A model generated the notes under the pieces. It searched no databases. It worked only from the letters and a program-made list of their open reading frames with translations, and was not told where the DNA came from. From Halogeometricum borinquense DSM 11551 (GTDB lineage: Archaea > Halobacteriota > Halobacteria > Halobacteriales > Haloferacaceae), in contig NC_014729.1 of NCBI RefSeq assembly GCF_000172995.2, positions 1,050,001 to 1,082,000 of the forward strand: DNA of 32,000 nucleotides, in the 5' to 3' direction. Positions 1-8,071 of the stretch are shown in pieces. The position numbers and the translations under genes were made by a program. Numbering within the stretch: the first letter of the stretch is position 1; each line of letters opens with the position of its first letter.

Positions 1-130
1 CGACCATCTGCGAACGCTTCTGCAGAGCGGTGATCGGATTCTCGAAGAGTACGGCCGAGAGTCCGATGGGAACGAAATCGAATCTGTGGAATCAACGTCG
101 AACGCGGGCCACTCGGCGTCTCGCTCGTAG
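1..130 (+). CDS. Possible 3' end of a CDS entering from upstream of the window (partial)
   Basis: The frame is open from base 2 to TAG at 128-130. The translation, ...DHLRTLLQSGDRILEEYGRESDGNEIESVESTSNAGHSASRS, is acidic like the real proteins here. No family recognised. Confidence 0.3.
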   Translation, partial: DHLRTLLQSGDRILEEYGRESDGNEIESVESTSNAGHSASRS

Positions 131-333
131 CCGACGATACCCTGCGTTCGAACCGCCGTTTCCACAGAAACAACGGCTAGAGCGACGAACCCCGACGAGG
201 ATTACGACTCGAACCGACAATGCATCACAATTCTGGCTCTTTTTGAAGAGTCTAGAACAAATGTCTAAATATTCCGTGTGTCTCTACGTATCTCGGAAGG
301 TTTATACATATACCGCAGTTGTGTCTATATGCA

Positions 334-528
334 ATGGCGAAAGGTAACGTTGATTTCTTCAACGACACAGGCGGTTACGGTTTCATTTCGACGGACGACG
401 CTGACGACGACGTGTTCTTCCACATGGAAGACATCGGCGGCGAGGACCTCGAAGAGGGAACGGATGTAGAGTTTGAAATTGAAGATGCCCCCAAGGGTCC
501 GCGCGCGACGAACCTGACGCGCCTGTAA
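334..528 (+). CDS. Cold-shock protein (CspA/CSD family)
   Basis: MAKGNVDFFNDTGGYGFISTDD...VFFHMEDI carries the RNP1/RNP2-like cold-shock motifs. ATG at 334 lies inside the 319..528 ORF. An AT-rich TATA-like TTTATACATATA sits at about 300-312. Confidence 0.93.
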   Translation: MAKGNVDFFNDTGGYGFISTDDADDDVFFHMEDIGGEDLEEGTDVEFEIEDAPKGPRATNLTRL

Positions 529-761
529 CTCGGGACGAAACGCCGCAACGGGCGGCGGACGGACGTACAGGGTTCTGATTTTACGAATGATACAACGTAC
601 GTAGTTACGTCACTAGCGAGTGGCAGTATGCGATCCGTACGACTCACACGAGTACACTGACGACGGTGAGTGACTTCGCTTGATGGAGCTCTTTGAAGGC
701 CACCACGCCGCCGTCTCGCCATCTCAGTGTCTTTTTTGTCGCCCAACGACAACGAAAGCGC

Positions 762-2012
762 ATGACAGTGTCCGACGAGTCGGACCCGTTCGTTTCCCGA
801 CTCGATCCCTCGACGCGTCGCACCGCCCGCAAGACGGGCGGTTCGGCCGTCGTCGTTGGTGGAGCCATGGCCGGACTCGCCGCCGCTCACGCCCTCCGCG
901 CACTCGACTGGGAGGTCGTACTGTACGAGCGCCAGTCGTACGCCGAAAAGCGAGTCAACTGCGGCGAGGCGATGACCGGTGCCGACGCCATCCCGCTGCC
1001 GAAGACCGCCGAATACGGCTTTGCCAACAAACCGCCCGCGTTCGAGGTAGACGTGTTCACCGGCGACACCGGTTCGAGAACACTCGCGGGAAAGGGCGTT
1101 TTCCCGTCCACGGACGCCTACGTCACCGACCGCAACGTAGTCGAGCGAAAGTGGGCCGAACAGGTGGCCGAAGACGGCGTGGACGTACGCGAGTCAACCG
1201 GCGTGACGAAGGCGCAGTTCCGCGAGTTCTCCGAGGAGTTCGACCTCGTCGTGGACGCGACGGGGCAACCGTCGATGGCGAGTAAGGTTGACGGGACGAC
1301 CGACGAGTACGCCGGACGCATGACCGCGCTGAACGCGGACGTGGAGGGTGATTTCTCGGATCTGTACCCGAACTCGCTGATCCTGTTCGAGAATTATCTC
1401 GGCTACTCGTGGGCATTCCCCAAGTCAGAGACGCGCGCGAACGTCGGAATCGGGTGGGCACAAGACAACTTGCCGGACGACTACTACGAGTCGTTCGTCG
1501 CCGCGTGCGAACGCAACGGTTGGCCCGTCCCGGACCGTTCAGCGATGAACGTCTACACTATCCCGCGCGGACCGAGCCTCGATCCCGACCGGGCGTGGGA
1601 CGCCGAGAACTGTATCGCGCGCGTCGGTGACGCCGCAGGTATCGCTAACCGCTTTACCGGCAAAGGGATCTCTCAAGCGGTCGAATCGTCGTATCTACTC
1701 GCGGAACTTGCCGCGGAGGACCGTCTCGACGACTACGCAAGCGAACTGTACGACCGGATGAAAAACGAGTACCGGCTAGCGTACATCGTCCGCGGCGCAC
1801 TCGAAGACGGCCGCCCGGACATCCTCGGCGGCGTGATGGACGCCGTCTCCGGTATCGACGTGGAATCGGTGGACAGAGAACCGAAGTACGCCTTTTCGCG
1901 CCTCGTCCGTCACCCTGTTCTCCTCGCCAAACTCGCCGCCAACCCGACGATGCTCTCGCGTCTGTTGGACGCCTACACCGACAACTGGGAGTTCAGAAAG
2001 CAACACGCGTGA
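762..2012 (+). CDS. FAD-dependent oxidoreductase, geranylgeranyl reductase family-like
   Basis: N-terminal dinucleotide fold AVVVGGAMAGLAAAHAL...VVLYER, a CGEA motif, and VGDAAGIANRFTGKGISQA typical of the GGR/FixC-like family. Start taken at ATG 762 (MTVSDESDPF); the upstream part of the ORF begins at a TTG and is basic. Confidence 0.8.
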   Translation: MTVSDESDPFVSRLDPSTRRTARKTGGSAVVVGGAMAGLAAAHALRALDWEVVLYERQSYAEKRVNCGEAMTGADAIPLPKTAEYGFANKPPAFEVDVFTGDTGSRTLAGKGVFPSTDAYVTDRNVVERKWAEQVAEDGVDVRESTGVTKAQFREFSEEFDLVVDATGQPSMASKVDGTTDEYAGRMTALNADVEGDFSDLYPNSLILFENYLGYSWAFPKSETRANVGIGWAQDNLPDDYYESFVAACERNGWPVPDRSAMNVYTIPRGPSLDPDRAWDAENCIARVGDAAGIANRFTGKGISQAVESSYLLAELAAEDRLDDYASELYDRMKNEYRLAYIVRGALEDGRPDILGGVMDAVSGIDVESVDREPKYAFSRLVRHPVLLAKLAANPTMLSRLLDAYTDNWEFRKQHA

Positions 2013-2033
2013 GAACACGGTTACGGTGTTTGC

Positions 2034-2843
2034 TCACCGCAGTAACACGTCCGCGACCACGGGGAAGTGGTCCGATGGGTATCCCTCACGGGTGCGATCA
2101 GCGAGCGTCGCGCTGAGTCGTACGTCGCACTCCCGGACGAACACGTAGTCGATTCGCTCCGTCGGATCGCCAGTAAAGTGATGCATCGTTTTCTCCGGCC
2201 CGTGGTGGCCGTGTTTGGCGACGTGCCTCGCGTCCGCGAACGCCTCCGTTACCGCCTCGTACGGATCTGAATCAGGTGTCGCATTGCAATCTCCCGCGAG
2301 GATCACTGGACCGTCGAGTTGCGCCAATCGGTCGCGGGCGAGTTTCGCGCCTTCGAGTCGTGCCTTCACTCCGTCGTTGTCGAGGTGGACGCTGGCGACG
2401 TGGAACGTCTCACCTGATTCACCTTGCAGCGTTGCGCGCGTGAGGATTCGCGGGAGGGTGGCATCCCAGCCAACGCTCCCCGGTTCTTCGGGCGTTTCGG
2501 ACAGCCAGAACGTCTCGCTGTCTTCGAGTGAGAATCGAGAGGCGTCGTAGCCGACGGGTACGGACTCGCCGGTTGATGCGGCGTCGTCCGTCTCTTTGGA
2601 GTCGGTGGCATCGGCAGCGTTCCCGCCCGTCCGCGGGACGGCAACCCACTCGTACTCGTCGAGTCCGTCGCGGAACGCGTCGAGTTGGTGTTTGAGCGGT
2701 TCCTGGAGGCAGACTACATCAGGACGGTGGTAACGAACCAGACGGACAGCGTCGTCGCGGCGGTGCGGCCACGCGTCGGGGCCGTCGTCGTCGGTGTCGT
2801 AGCGGACGTTGAAACTCAGCACGCGAACTGGAGGGACTGTCAT
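2034..2843 (-). CDS. Endonuclease/exonuclease/phosphatase (EEP) family protein
   Basis: VRVLSFNVRYD...VVCLQE...ASVHLD...ILAGDCN...SDHFPV is the ordered EEP motif set. Start chosen at MTVPPVRVL (2843) rather than at the basic N-terminal extension. Confidence 0.85.
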   Translation of the reverse strand: MTVPPVRVLSFNVRYDTDDDGPDAWPHRRDDAVRLVRYHRPDVVCLQEPLKHQLDAFRDGLDEYEWVAVPRTGGNAADATDSKETDDAASTGESVPVGYDASRFSLEDSETFWLSETPEEPGSVGWDATLPRILTRATLQGESGETFHVASVHLDNDGVKARLEGAKLARDRLAQLDGPVILAGDCNATPDSDPYEAVTEAFADARHVAKHGHHGPEKTMHHFTGDPTERIDYVFVRECDVRLSATLADRTREGYPSDHFPVVADVLLR

Positions 2844-2937
2844 CGGTTGGGGCGACTCACGCCGGGCACAAGAGAGCCACGACAAGAGAGAAGGGCGTTG
2901 TCGGACCGCCTGGCGGTGGCGACAGTGTATTTCGTCT

Positions 2938-3007
2938 GACAACAGTACAGGATTTTGAAGCAACAACAGTACGGATTTTGGAGCGACAGCAGTACGGGTT
3001 CCGGAAC
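2938..3007. repeat. Three tandem copies of a 23/24-nt unit in the divergent EEP/hisD intergenic region
   Basis: GACAACAGTACAGGATTTTGAAGC (2938-2961) / AACAACAGTACGGATTTTGGAGC (2962-2984) / GACAGCAGTACGGGTTCCGGAAC (2985-3007). Read directly; the copies degrade toward hisD. Confidence 0.85.
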
Positions 3008-3038
3008 GTCCTTACCCGCACGCACCAAACCGCGCGGT

Positions 3039-4370
3039 ATGCAACTTGAGGTTCGGGAGGTGGCCGAACTCTCGCCGGACGAACGCGTGGCGTTCTTCGA
3101 ACGAGACGCCGGCGTCACCGACGTACAGTCGGACGTGCGGGATATCGTCTCGCGCGTCCGCAACGAGGGCGACGTAGCGATTCGCAACTTCTGTCGCGAG
3201 TTCGACGATGTCGAAGTCGGTAATCTCGACGTGACCGACGACGCCGAACGCGCATACGAAGAGATCGACGACGACGTGCGCGAGTCCATCGAGGCGGCCG
3301 CGGCGAACATCCGTGAGTTCCACGAACGGCAACTGCCGGACGACTGGCGCGAGACGTTCGACGGTCTTGCGGGCGACGCGGACGCGGCGTCTGGAGAGCA
3401 ACGCGCCGCTGGAACGCGCGAACTCGGCCGTCGATTCCGACCGCTGGAACGCGTCGGCGTCTACGCTCCCGGCGGGACGGCGGCGTATCCGTCCAGCGTT
3501 CTCATGGGCGTCGTTCCGGCGAAGGTAGCGGGCGTCGAACACGTCGCCGTCGTCACGCCGCCGGGCGATCCGATGAATCCCATCACGCTGGCCGCGGCGC
3601 ACGTCGCGGGCGCGGATCGAATCTACAGCGTCGGCGGCGCGCAGGCCGTCTCCGCCCTCGCCTACGGGACGGAAACGGTGAAAGCGGTACAGAAGGTGGT
3701 CGGCCCGGGTAACAAGTGGGTGACGGCCGCGAAGGCAGAGGTTCGTGGCGACGTGGATATCGACTTCCTCGCCGGGCCATCCGAGATTCTCGTCGTCGCC
3801 GACGAAACAGCGGACCCGGCGTTCGTCGCCGCCGACTTGGTGGCGCAGGCCGAACACGACCCGAACGCCTCCGTCGTCGCCGTTACCGACGATGCCGACA
3901 CGGCCGAAGCGATTCTCGCGGCCGTCGAACGCCAGATTGCGGGGTGCGAGCGCGAGGAGACCATCCGTGAGGCGTTCGAGAACGACGCCTCCGGCGTTCT
4001 CGTCACGCGTTCGATGTCCGAAGCCGTGCTGTTCGCCGAGGAGTACGCCGCAGAACACCTGTCGATTCAAGCCGAGGACGACGAGGCGTTGCTCGACCGC
4101 ATCTCGAACGCAGGGAGCGTCTTCCTCGGACCGCACACGCCAGTCGCAGCGGGCGACTACGCTTCGGGGACGAACCACGTCCTCCCAACTTCCGGCGGCG
4201 CAAAGCGCTACGGCGGACTCTCTGTCGAGACGTTCCTCCGTTCGACGACCGTCCAGCGCCTCGACGAAGGGGCGCTTTCGGATCTCTCGGAGACGATTAC
4301 CACACTGGCCGAAGCCGAGGGGTTGGAAGCGCACGCCGAGAGCGTCCGCACCCGCCTCGAAGACGAGTAG
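3039..4370 (+). CDS. hisD: Histidinol dehydrogenase
   Basis: Full-length match to the HisD architecture: GVYAPGG.AAYPSSVLM, GPGNKWVTAAK, AQAEHDP, GDYASGTNHVLPT. ATG at 3039 (MQLEVREV). Confidence 0.95.
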   Translation: MQLEVREVAELSPDERVAFFERDAGVTDVQSDVRDIVSRVRNEGDVAIRNFCREFDDVEVGNLDVTDDAERAYEEIDDDVRESIEAAAANIREFHERQLPDDWRETFDGLAGDADAASGEQRAAGTRELGRRFRPLERVGVYAPGGTAAYPSSVLMGVVPAKVAGVEHVAVVTPPGDPMNPITLAAAHVAGADRIYSVGGAQAVSALAYGTETVKAVQKVVGPGNKWVTAAKAEVRGDVDIDFLAGPSEILVVADETADPAFVAADLVAQAEHDPNASVVAVTDDADTAEAILAAVERQIAGCEREETIREAFENDASGVLVTRSMSEAVLFAEEYAAEHLSIQAEDDEALLDRISNAGSVFLGPHTPVAAGDYASGTNHVLPTSGGAKRYGGLSVETFLRSTTVQRLDEGALSDLSETITTLAEAEGLEAHAESVRTRLEDE

Positions 4371-5147
4371 ATGTCGTTCCGTCCGCGGCCACCGTCGTTC
4401 GCCGATGCCTGTGCCCGTGTCATCGCGGACCCCGACGCGGACCACTCCTTGACGACGACACTGGCACCAGTGCAGGCGCGAATCGCTATCTCGCCGGAGC
4501 AGATGGCGAAGACGGACGCGTGGGGAGATCTCCTCGGGGCGCGTCTGCCCGCGGATGTCGAACGCGTCCTCGAACTGGGCTGTGGTACGGGAACGCTGTT
4601 GCACCGACTGTCAGACGAATACACCGCGCTCGGTATCGATCGCTATTCGGATCTGCTGTCGTTCGCCGCCGCGCGCGGAGAGGCGGCGGTCTGCGGCGAC
4701 CCGACCGACCCGCCGGTTCGTCCCGACTTCGACGCGGTGTGCGCGTTCGACCACTTCGTCGCGCGCCAATCGCTATCTGCGGTGTGCGAAGGCGCGTACG
4801 CGACGCTTCGACCGGGCGGTATCTTCGTTTTCGATGCGCTCTCAGATGCTCGCGCGATTGCCGCGTCCGGCGTCGAGACGTATCGAGGGGCGAGATACGT
4901 TTTCGAACGGTCAGTTGACGTGGCGCGCGATCCGCCCGTCGTCCACGCCGACTACCGCGTCACGGACCTCCGAACCGGAGAGACAGGCGTCACCGCAGAA
5001 CGAACGTCGTTCAACGTGTACGACCCCGAATCGGTGCGCGAGTCGCTCGAAACGGCCGGATTCAGTGATATTCGTGTCGTGACGGACGCCGGAGATGATG
5101 GCGAGTTTCTCGTGATCGCGGTTCGACCGGTCGAGACTGAGGCCTGA
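4371..5147 (+). CDS. Class I SAM-dependent methyltransferase
   Basis: Motif I VLELGCGTGTLL and a post-I acidic residue (LGIDR). The ATG follows the hisD TAG directly (TAGATG), so it is likely co-transcribed. Confidence 0.8.
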   Translation: MSFRPRPPSFADACARVIADPDADHSLTTTLAPVQARIAISPEQMAKTDAWGDLLGARLPADVERVLELGCGTGTLLHRLSDEYTALGIDRYSDLLSFAAARGEAAVCGDPTDPPVRPDFDAVCAFDHFVARQSLSAVCEGAYATLRPGGIFVFDALSDARAIAASGVETYRGARYVFERSVDVARDPPVVHADYRVTDLRTGETGVTAERTSFNVYDPESVRESLETAGFSDIRVVTDAGDDGEFLVIAVRPVETEA

Positions 5148-5190
5148 ATCCGGCGTCAATGTTAACAGGTTGTATCTGGTACGTTTTCTC

Positions 5191-5556
5191 ATGAGTACCG
5201 AGACGGTCGATGGCGGAACCGACGCCGCCGTGACGGTGACGGAGTCGGCCGCGTCGGAAGCCCTCCGACTGATGGAGTCCGAAGGAATGGACACGGATGT
5301 AGCGGGTCTCCGACTATTCGTCCAACAGGGCGGTTGTGCGGGTCTCTCGTACGGGATGCGCTTCGATCACGAGCCCGAAGACGACGACGCAGTCATCAAG
5401 CAGAACGGTCTGCGGGTGTTTATCGACCCGGCGAGTCAGAACTACATCGGCGGTTCGACCCTCCAGTTTGAGGGCGGGCTACAGGGTGCAGGCTTCCACG
5501 TCGAGAACCCGAACGTCGTCAGCGAGTGCGGCTGTGGCGAATCGTTCCGAACCTGA
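5191..5556 (+). CDS. Iron-sulfur cluster insertion/assembly protein (HesB/IscA/SufA family)
   Basis: VTESAASEALRL...GGCAGLSYGM.FD...FHVENPN...CGCGESF is the canonical HesB family signature with C-x(n)-CGCG. ATG at 5191. Confidence 0.9.
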   Translation: MSTETVDGGTDAAVTVTESAASEALRLMESEGMDTDVAGLRLFVQQGGCAGLSYGMRFDHEPEDDDAVIKQNGLRVFIDPASQNYIGGSTLQFEGGLQGAGFHVENPNVVSECGCGESFRT

Positions 5557-5639
5557 CGCGGGAATTCGTTCTAACACCAGTTGGCCACCGGCTTGCACGA
5601 GCCGACAGCATAAACCTTCAGGGGGGTCAAACGGCCTCC

Positions 5640-5891
5640 ATGGCTGCCGAACTCGAATGTGCGGAAACTGACGACGGACGGACAGTGTACATCGACCGCG
5701 GGATGGTCGAACGCGGCGCACAAGGACCGTTCTTCGTCGTCTTCGTCACTGAAGACCGAGCGACTCGCTGGGGCTACTTCTGCGGTAACTGCAACTCGCT
5801 GGATACGGCGATGGATACGATGGGTCGTGTCGAGTGCAACGTCTGCGGCAACATCCGAAAACCGGACGAGTGGGACGCCGCCCACGAGTAA
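5640..5891 (+). CDS. Small zinc-ribbon protein (conserved haloarchaeal hypothetical)
   Basis: MAAELECAETDDGRTVY...CGNCNS-x14-CNVCGN is a CxxC...CxxC ribbon. Acidic. A weak TATA (CATAAACC) lies about 28 nt upstream of ATG 5640. Confidence 0.7.
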   Translation: MAAELECAETDDGRTVYIDRGMVERGAQGPFFVVFVTEDRATRWGYFCGNCNSLDTAMDTMGRVECNVCGNIRKPDEWDAAHE

Positions 5892-5993
5892 TCTGTCGCT
5901 CCCTCCTCCGAGAAACAGATCTGCCGATAGATACTTTAGGGTGTGACAATCCGTGACAACCTTTATGATATGAGGGGTGGTATCGTCCCCTAC

Positions 5994-6338
5994 ATGCCCC
6001 CTGTCAGCATGCCTCTGTCGGAGGAAGCCCGGTCGATATTCAATCGACTCGGTTACGACGTCTCGGGCGATGGACGCGAGTTCGTCGCAGAGCGCAAGTG
6101 GCGGACCGTCCAGGTGACCGTACTCGGCACCGACTCGAACGTGCGTGGCCGACGCGCAATTACAGACGGTGGCGAAGCACGCGAGTATCCGTTTCGATGC
6201 TTCGTCACGTGGAAAGAGGGTGCAGGGGATCTTCGCGGACAGCTTACAGACGCCGACCCATCGTACGAATGGGCGGTCATCGGCGTCGATAGCGACCAGC
6301 ACGACCAGTACGATGTCGTCCTGCCCGAAGCCCGCTAA
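5994..6338 (+). CDS. Hypothetical protein (about 114 aa)
   Basis: Acidic ORF. TATA-like CTTTATGATA at 5961-5970 fits a leaderless start at ATG 5994; ATG 6009 is an alternative. A T-rich tract at 6380-6390 follows the stop. Confidence 0.6.
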   Translation: MPPVSMPLSEEARSIFNRLGYDVSGDGREFVAERKWRTVQVTVLGTDSNVRGRRAITDGGEAREYPFRCFVTWKEGAGDLRGQLTDADPSYEWAVIGVDSDQHDQYDVVLPEAR

Positions 6339-6408
6339 CGCCGACAACGTGGGTTTTCCCTCGCGCTGAACGCCGACCGTTTTTATTTTTCCAGTCTAAC
6401 TGGTCAGT

Positions 6409-7080
6409 ATGTCGCAGACTGGGCTACGGAGCGTCGTCGAGAGTAGACGCATCAATACCGCTCTCGCGTGGCTTCTCGTCTGTTTTCTCGCTATTGCCGC
6501 CGTCGTCCAGTTCCTGAACGGTGAACTGCAATGGGCCGGGTTTACCGTCGCCGTCGCCGCCGTTGCCATCGTCCCGGCGGTCGCCCTCCGTGATCCCACG
6601 TCGATGCTTCCGTGGGAGGTGCTGTTCGTCGCTGCCCTCCCCATTATCGGCCGCGCCCTCATTGCCGGGGAACGGCTGGCAGGAATGACGTTCACCGGTC
6701 GCGTCACGACGTACCTAGCCGTCGCCGCCGTCGCACTCATCGTCGCCGTCGAACTTGACGTGTTCACCCCGGTTCGGATGAACCATTCGTTCGCCGTCGT
6801 GTTCGTCGTCATCACCACGATGGCCGCCGCGGGCGTCTGGGCCGTCGTCCGCTGGTTGTCCGACATTCTTCTCGGTACCGCATTCCTTTTGGACAACCGT
6901 CCGAACGAAATCATAGAGGAGGCATTGATGTGGGACTTCGTCGCCGCCACCGTTGCGGGTGTGTTCGCTGGTATCCTCTTCGAGTACTATTTCCGCCGTC
7001 GTGCCCGCCTGCACCATCGCATCCCCGAGAGTGACTCCGGTGTGCGACCCGACAGCGATGACGAGGTGACCGACCGATGA
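6409..7080 (+). CDS. Multi-pass membrane protein, unknown function
   Basis: At least five hydrophobic segments with an acidic C-terminal tail. ATG at 6409 lies about 25 nt after TTTTTATTTTT. Confidence 0.7.
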   Translation: MSQTGLRSVVESRRINTALAWLLVCFLAIAAVVQFLNGELQWAGFTVAVAAVAIVPAVALRDPTSMLPWEVLFVAALPIIGRALIAGERLAGMTFTGRVTTYLAVAAVALIVAVELDVFTPVRMNHSFAVVFVVITTMAAAGVWAVVRWLSDILLGTAFLLDNRPNEIIEEALMWDFVAATVAGVFAGILFEYYFRRRARLHHRIPESDSGVRPDSDDEVTDR

Positions 7081-7766
7081 AAGGCCGCGACATCTTTCGC
7101 GTGACGAATCACCGACTCCGCGACGTACTCCACATCACGGTCCGGCGACAACGACAGGCGACGCGAGCGATGCAGATACTGCTTGGTTTGATGGTCGTCG
7201 CCGGTCTCTTGAACCGCAACGGCGGCGTGTTCGTCAACGCGCTCGTCGGCTTCGTCGTCACGTTCCTCCCCGGAATACTCGAACGCGACCACGGTATTCC
7301 GATGGACGCCGGATTGACGCTGTGGATAACGTCCGCTGTCTTCCTGCACGGACTCGGCACTGTCGAACTCCCAATCGTCGGGTCACCGTACGCGAGCATT
7401 CCGTGGTGGGATCACCTCACACATGCCCTCTCGGCCAGTATCGTCGCCGCGGTCGGCTACTCGACGGCGCGCGCAATCGACCTGCACACCGACGCAGTGG
7501 ACCTCCCACCACGGTTCATGTTCGTCTTTATCCTCACGTTTACGCTGGCGTTCGGCGTCCTCTGGGAGGTCATCGAGTTCATGATTTCGGTGACATCGAA
7601 CTACCTCGGAATCGGGTCAGTTCTCACTCAGTACGGTCTCAGAGACACGATGTTTGACCTCCTGTTCGACACCGCGGGTGCAATCGTCGTCGCGGTGTGG
7701 GGAAGCAGCCAACTCTCCGGGGTAGTGGCGGCGTTGACCGCACGACTTGGTCGTTCCAGTACTTGA
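7077..7766 (+). CDS. Membrane protein, DUF2238/YjdF-like
   Basis: Overlaps the previous stop by ATGA. WWDHLTHALSA, LWEVIEF and RDTMFDLLFDTAGAIV resemble the YjdF/DUF2238 motif order (assignment from memory). An alternative start is ATG 7170 (MQILLGL). Confidence 0.65.
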   Translation: MKGRDIFRVTNHRLRDVLHITVRRQRQATRAMQILLGLMVVAGLLNRNGGVFVNALVGFVVTFLPGILERDHGIPMDAGLTLWITSAVFLHGLGTVELPIVGSPYASIPWWDHLTHALSASIVAAVGYSTARAIDLHTDAVDLPPRFMFVFILTFTLAFGVLWEVIEFMISVTSNYLGIGSVLTQYGLRDTMFDLLFDTAGAIVVAVWGSSQLSGVVAALTARLGRSST

Positions 7767-7826
7767 TCAGCGTGTGGCATTCTCCCCCGTGCTTTATCTT
7801 GTCACGCGATGTATGAATCAGGTGCG

Positions 7827-8030
7827 ATGGTTTACAAGAAGATCACCCTCATCGGACGGAGCAACGAGAGTTTCGACGCGGCGGTAGACGATGCCGTAGA
7901 CAGAGCGCAGGCAACACTCGATAACGTCCACTGGGTGGAAGTCCAGGAGATGGGCGTCGAGATAGCCAGCGTCGAGAACCGAGAATACCAAGCGGAAGTC
8001 GAAGTGGCGTTCCAGTTAGAAAACGAATAA
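7827..8030 (+). CDS. Dodecin (flavin-binding/storage protein)
   Basis: [46 protein letters not shown]...[10 protein letters not shown] closely parallels the Halobacterium dodecin sequence. TATA TTTATC at 7793-7798. T-rich terminator at 8044-8053. Confidence 0.9.
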   Translation: MVYKKITLIGRSNESFDAAVDDAVDRAQATLDNVHWVEVQEMGVEIASVENREYQAEVEVAFQLENE

Positions 8031-8071
8031 GACCGACGGATTCATTTTCTTTGCTGCGTCACGAACGGTGA

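Noticed and set aside
30-347. 105-aa + strand ORF upstream of and overlapping the cold-shock gene.
   Set aside because: The translation is basic and Arg-rich, it runs through the AT-rich promoter of the csp gene, and it shows no family resemblance.
529-761. Possible small ORFs or structured element in the csp downstream region (ACGTACGTAGTTACGT, GTACG repeats, a T6 run at 733-738).
   Set aside because: Only 5-10-codon ATG ORFs are present and I found no strong helix. The region is most simply the csp 3' UTR/terminator plus the promoter of the next gene.
2938-3007. Whether the tandem repeat arrays (2938-3007, 9487-9551, 10055-10113) could be a CRISPR array.
   Set aside because: The units abut directly with no unique spacers, run to only 2.5-3.5 copies, and are 17-24 nt long. 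No cas genes are present. They are simple tandem repeats.
3012-4604. 530-aa ORF antisense to hisD. Similar long antisense or out-of-frame ORFs include 375..890, 5571..6347, 8204..9355, 11134..12273, 14859..16094, 15517..16866, 18470..19384, 21084..22139, 23237..24238, 24590..25534 and 25906..26604.
   Set aside because: They fully overlap genes with unmistakable family signatures on the other strand or frame. Their translations are Arg/Gly/Val-rich and basic, unlike the acidic real proteome. Long shadow ORFs are expected in high-GC DNA.
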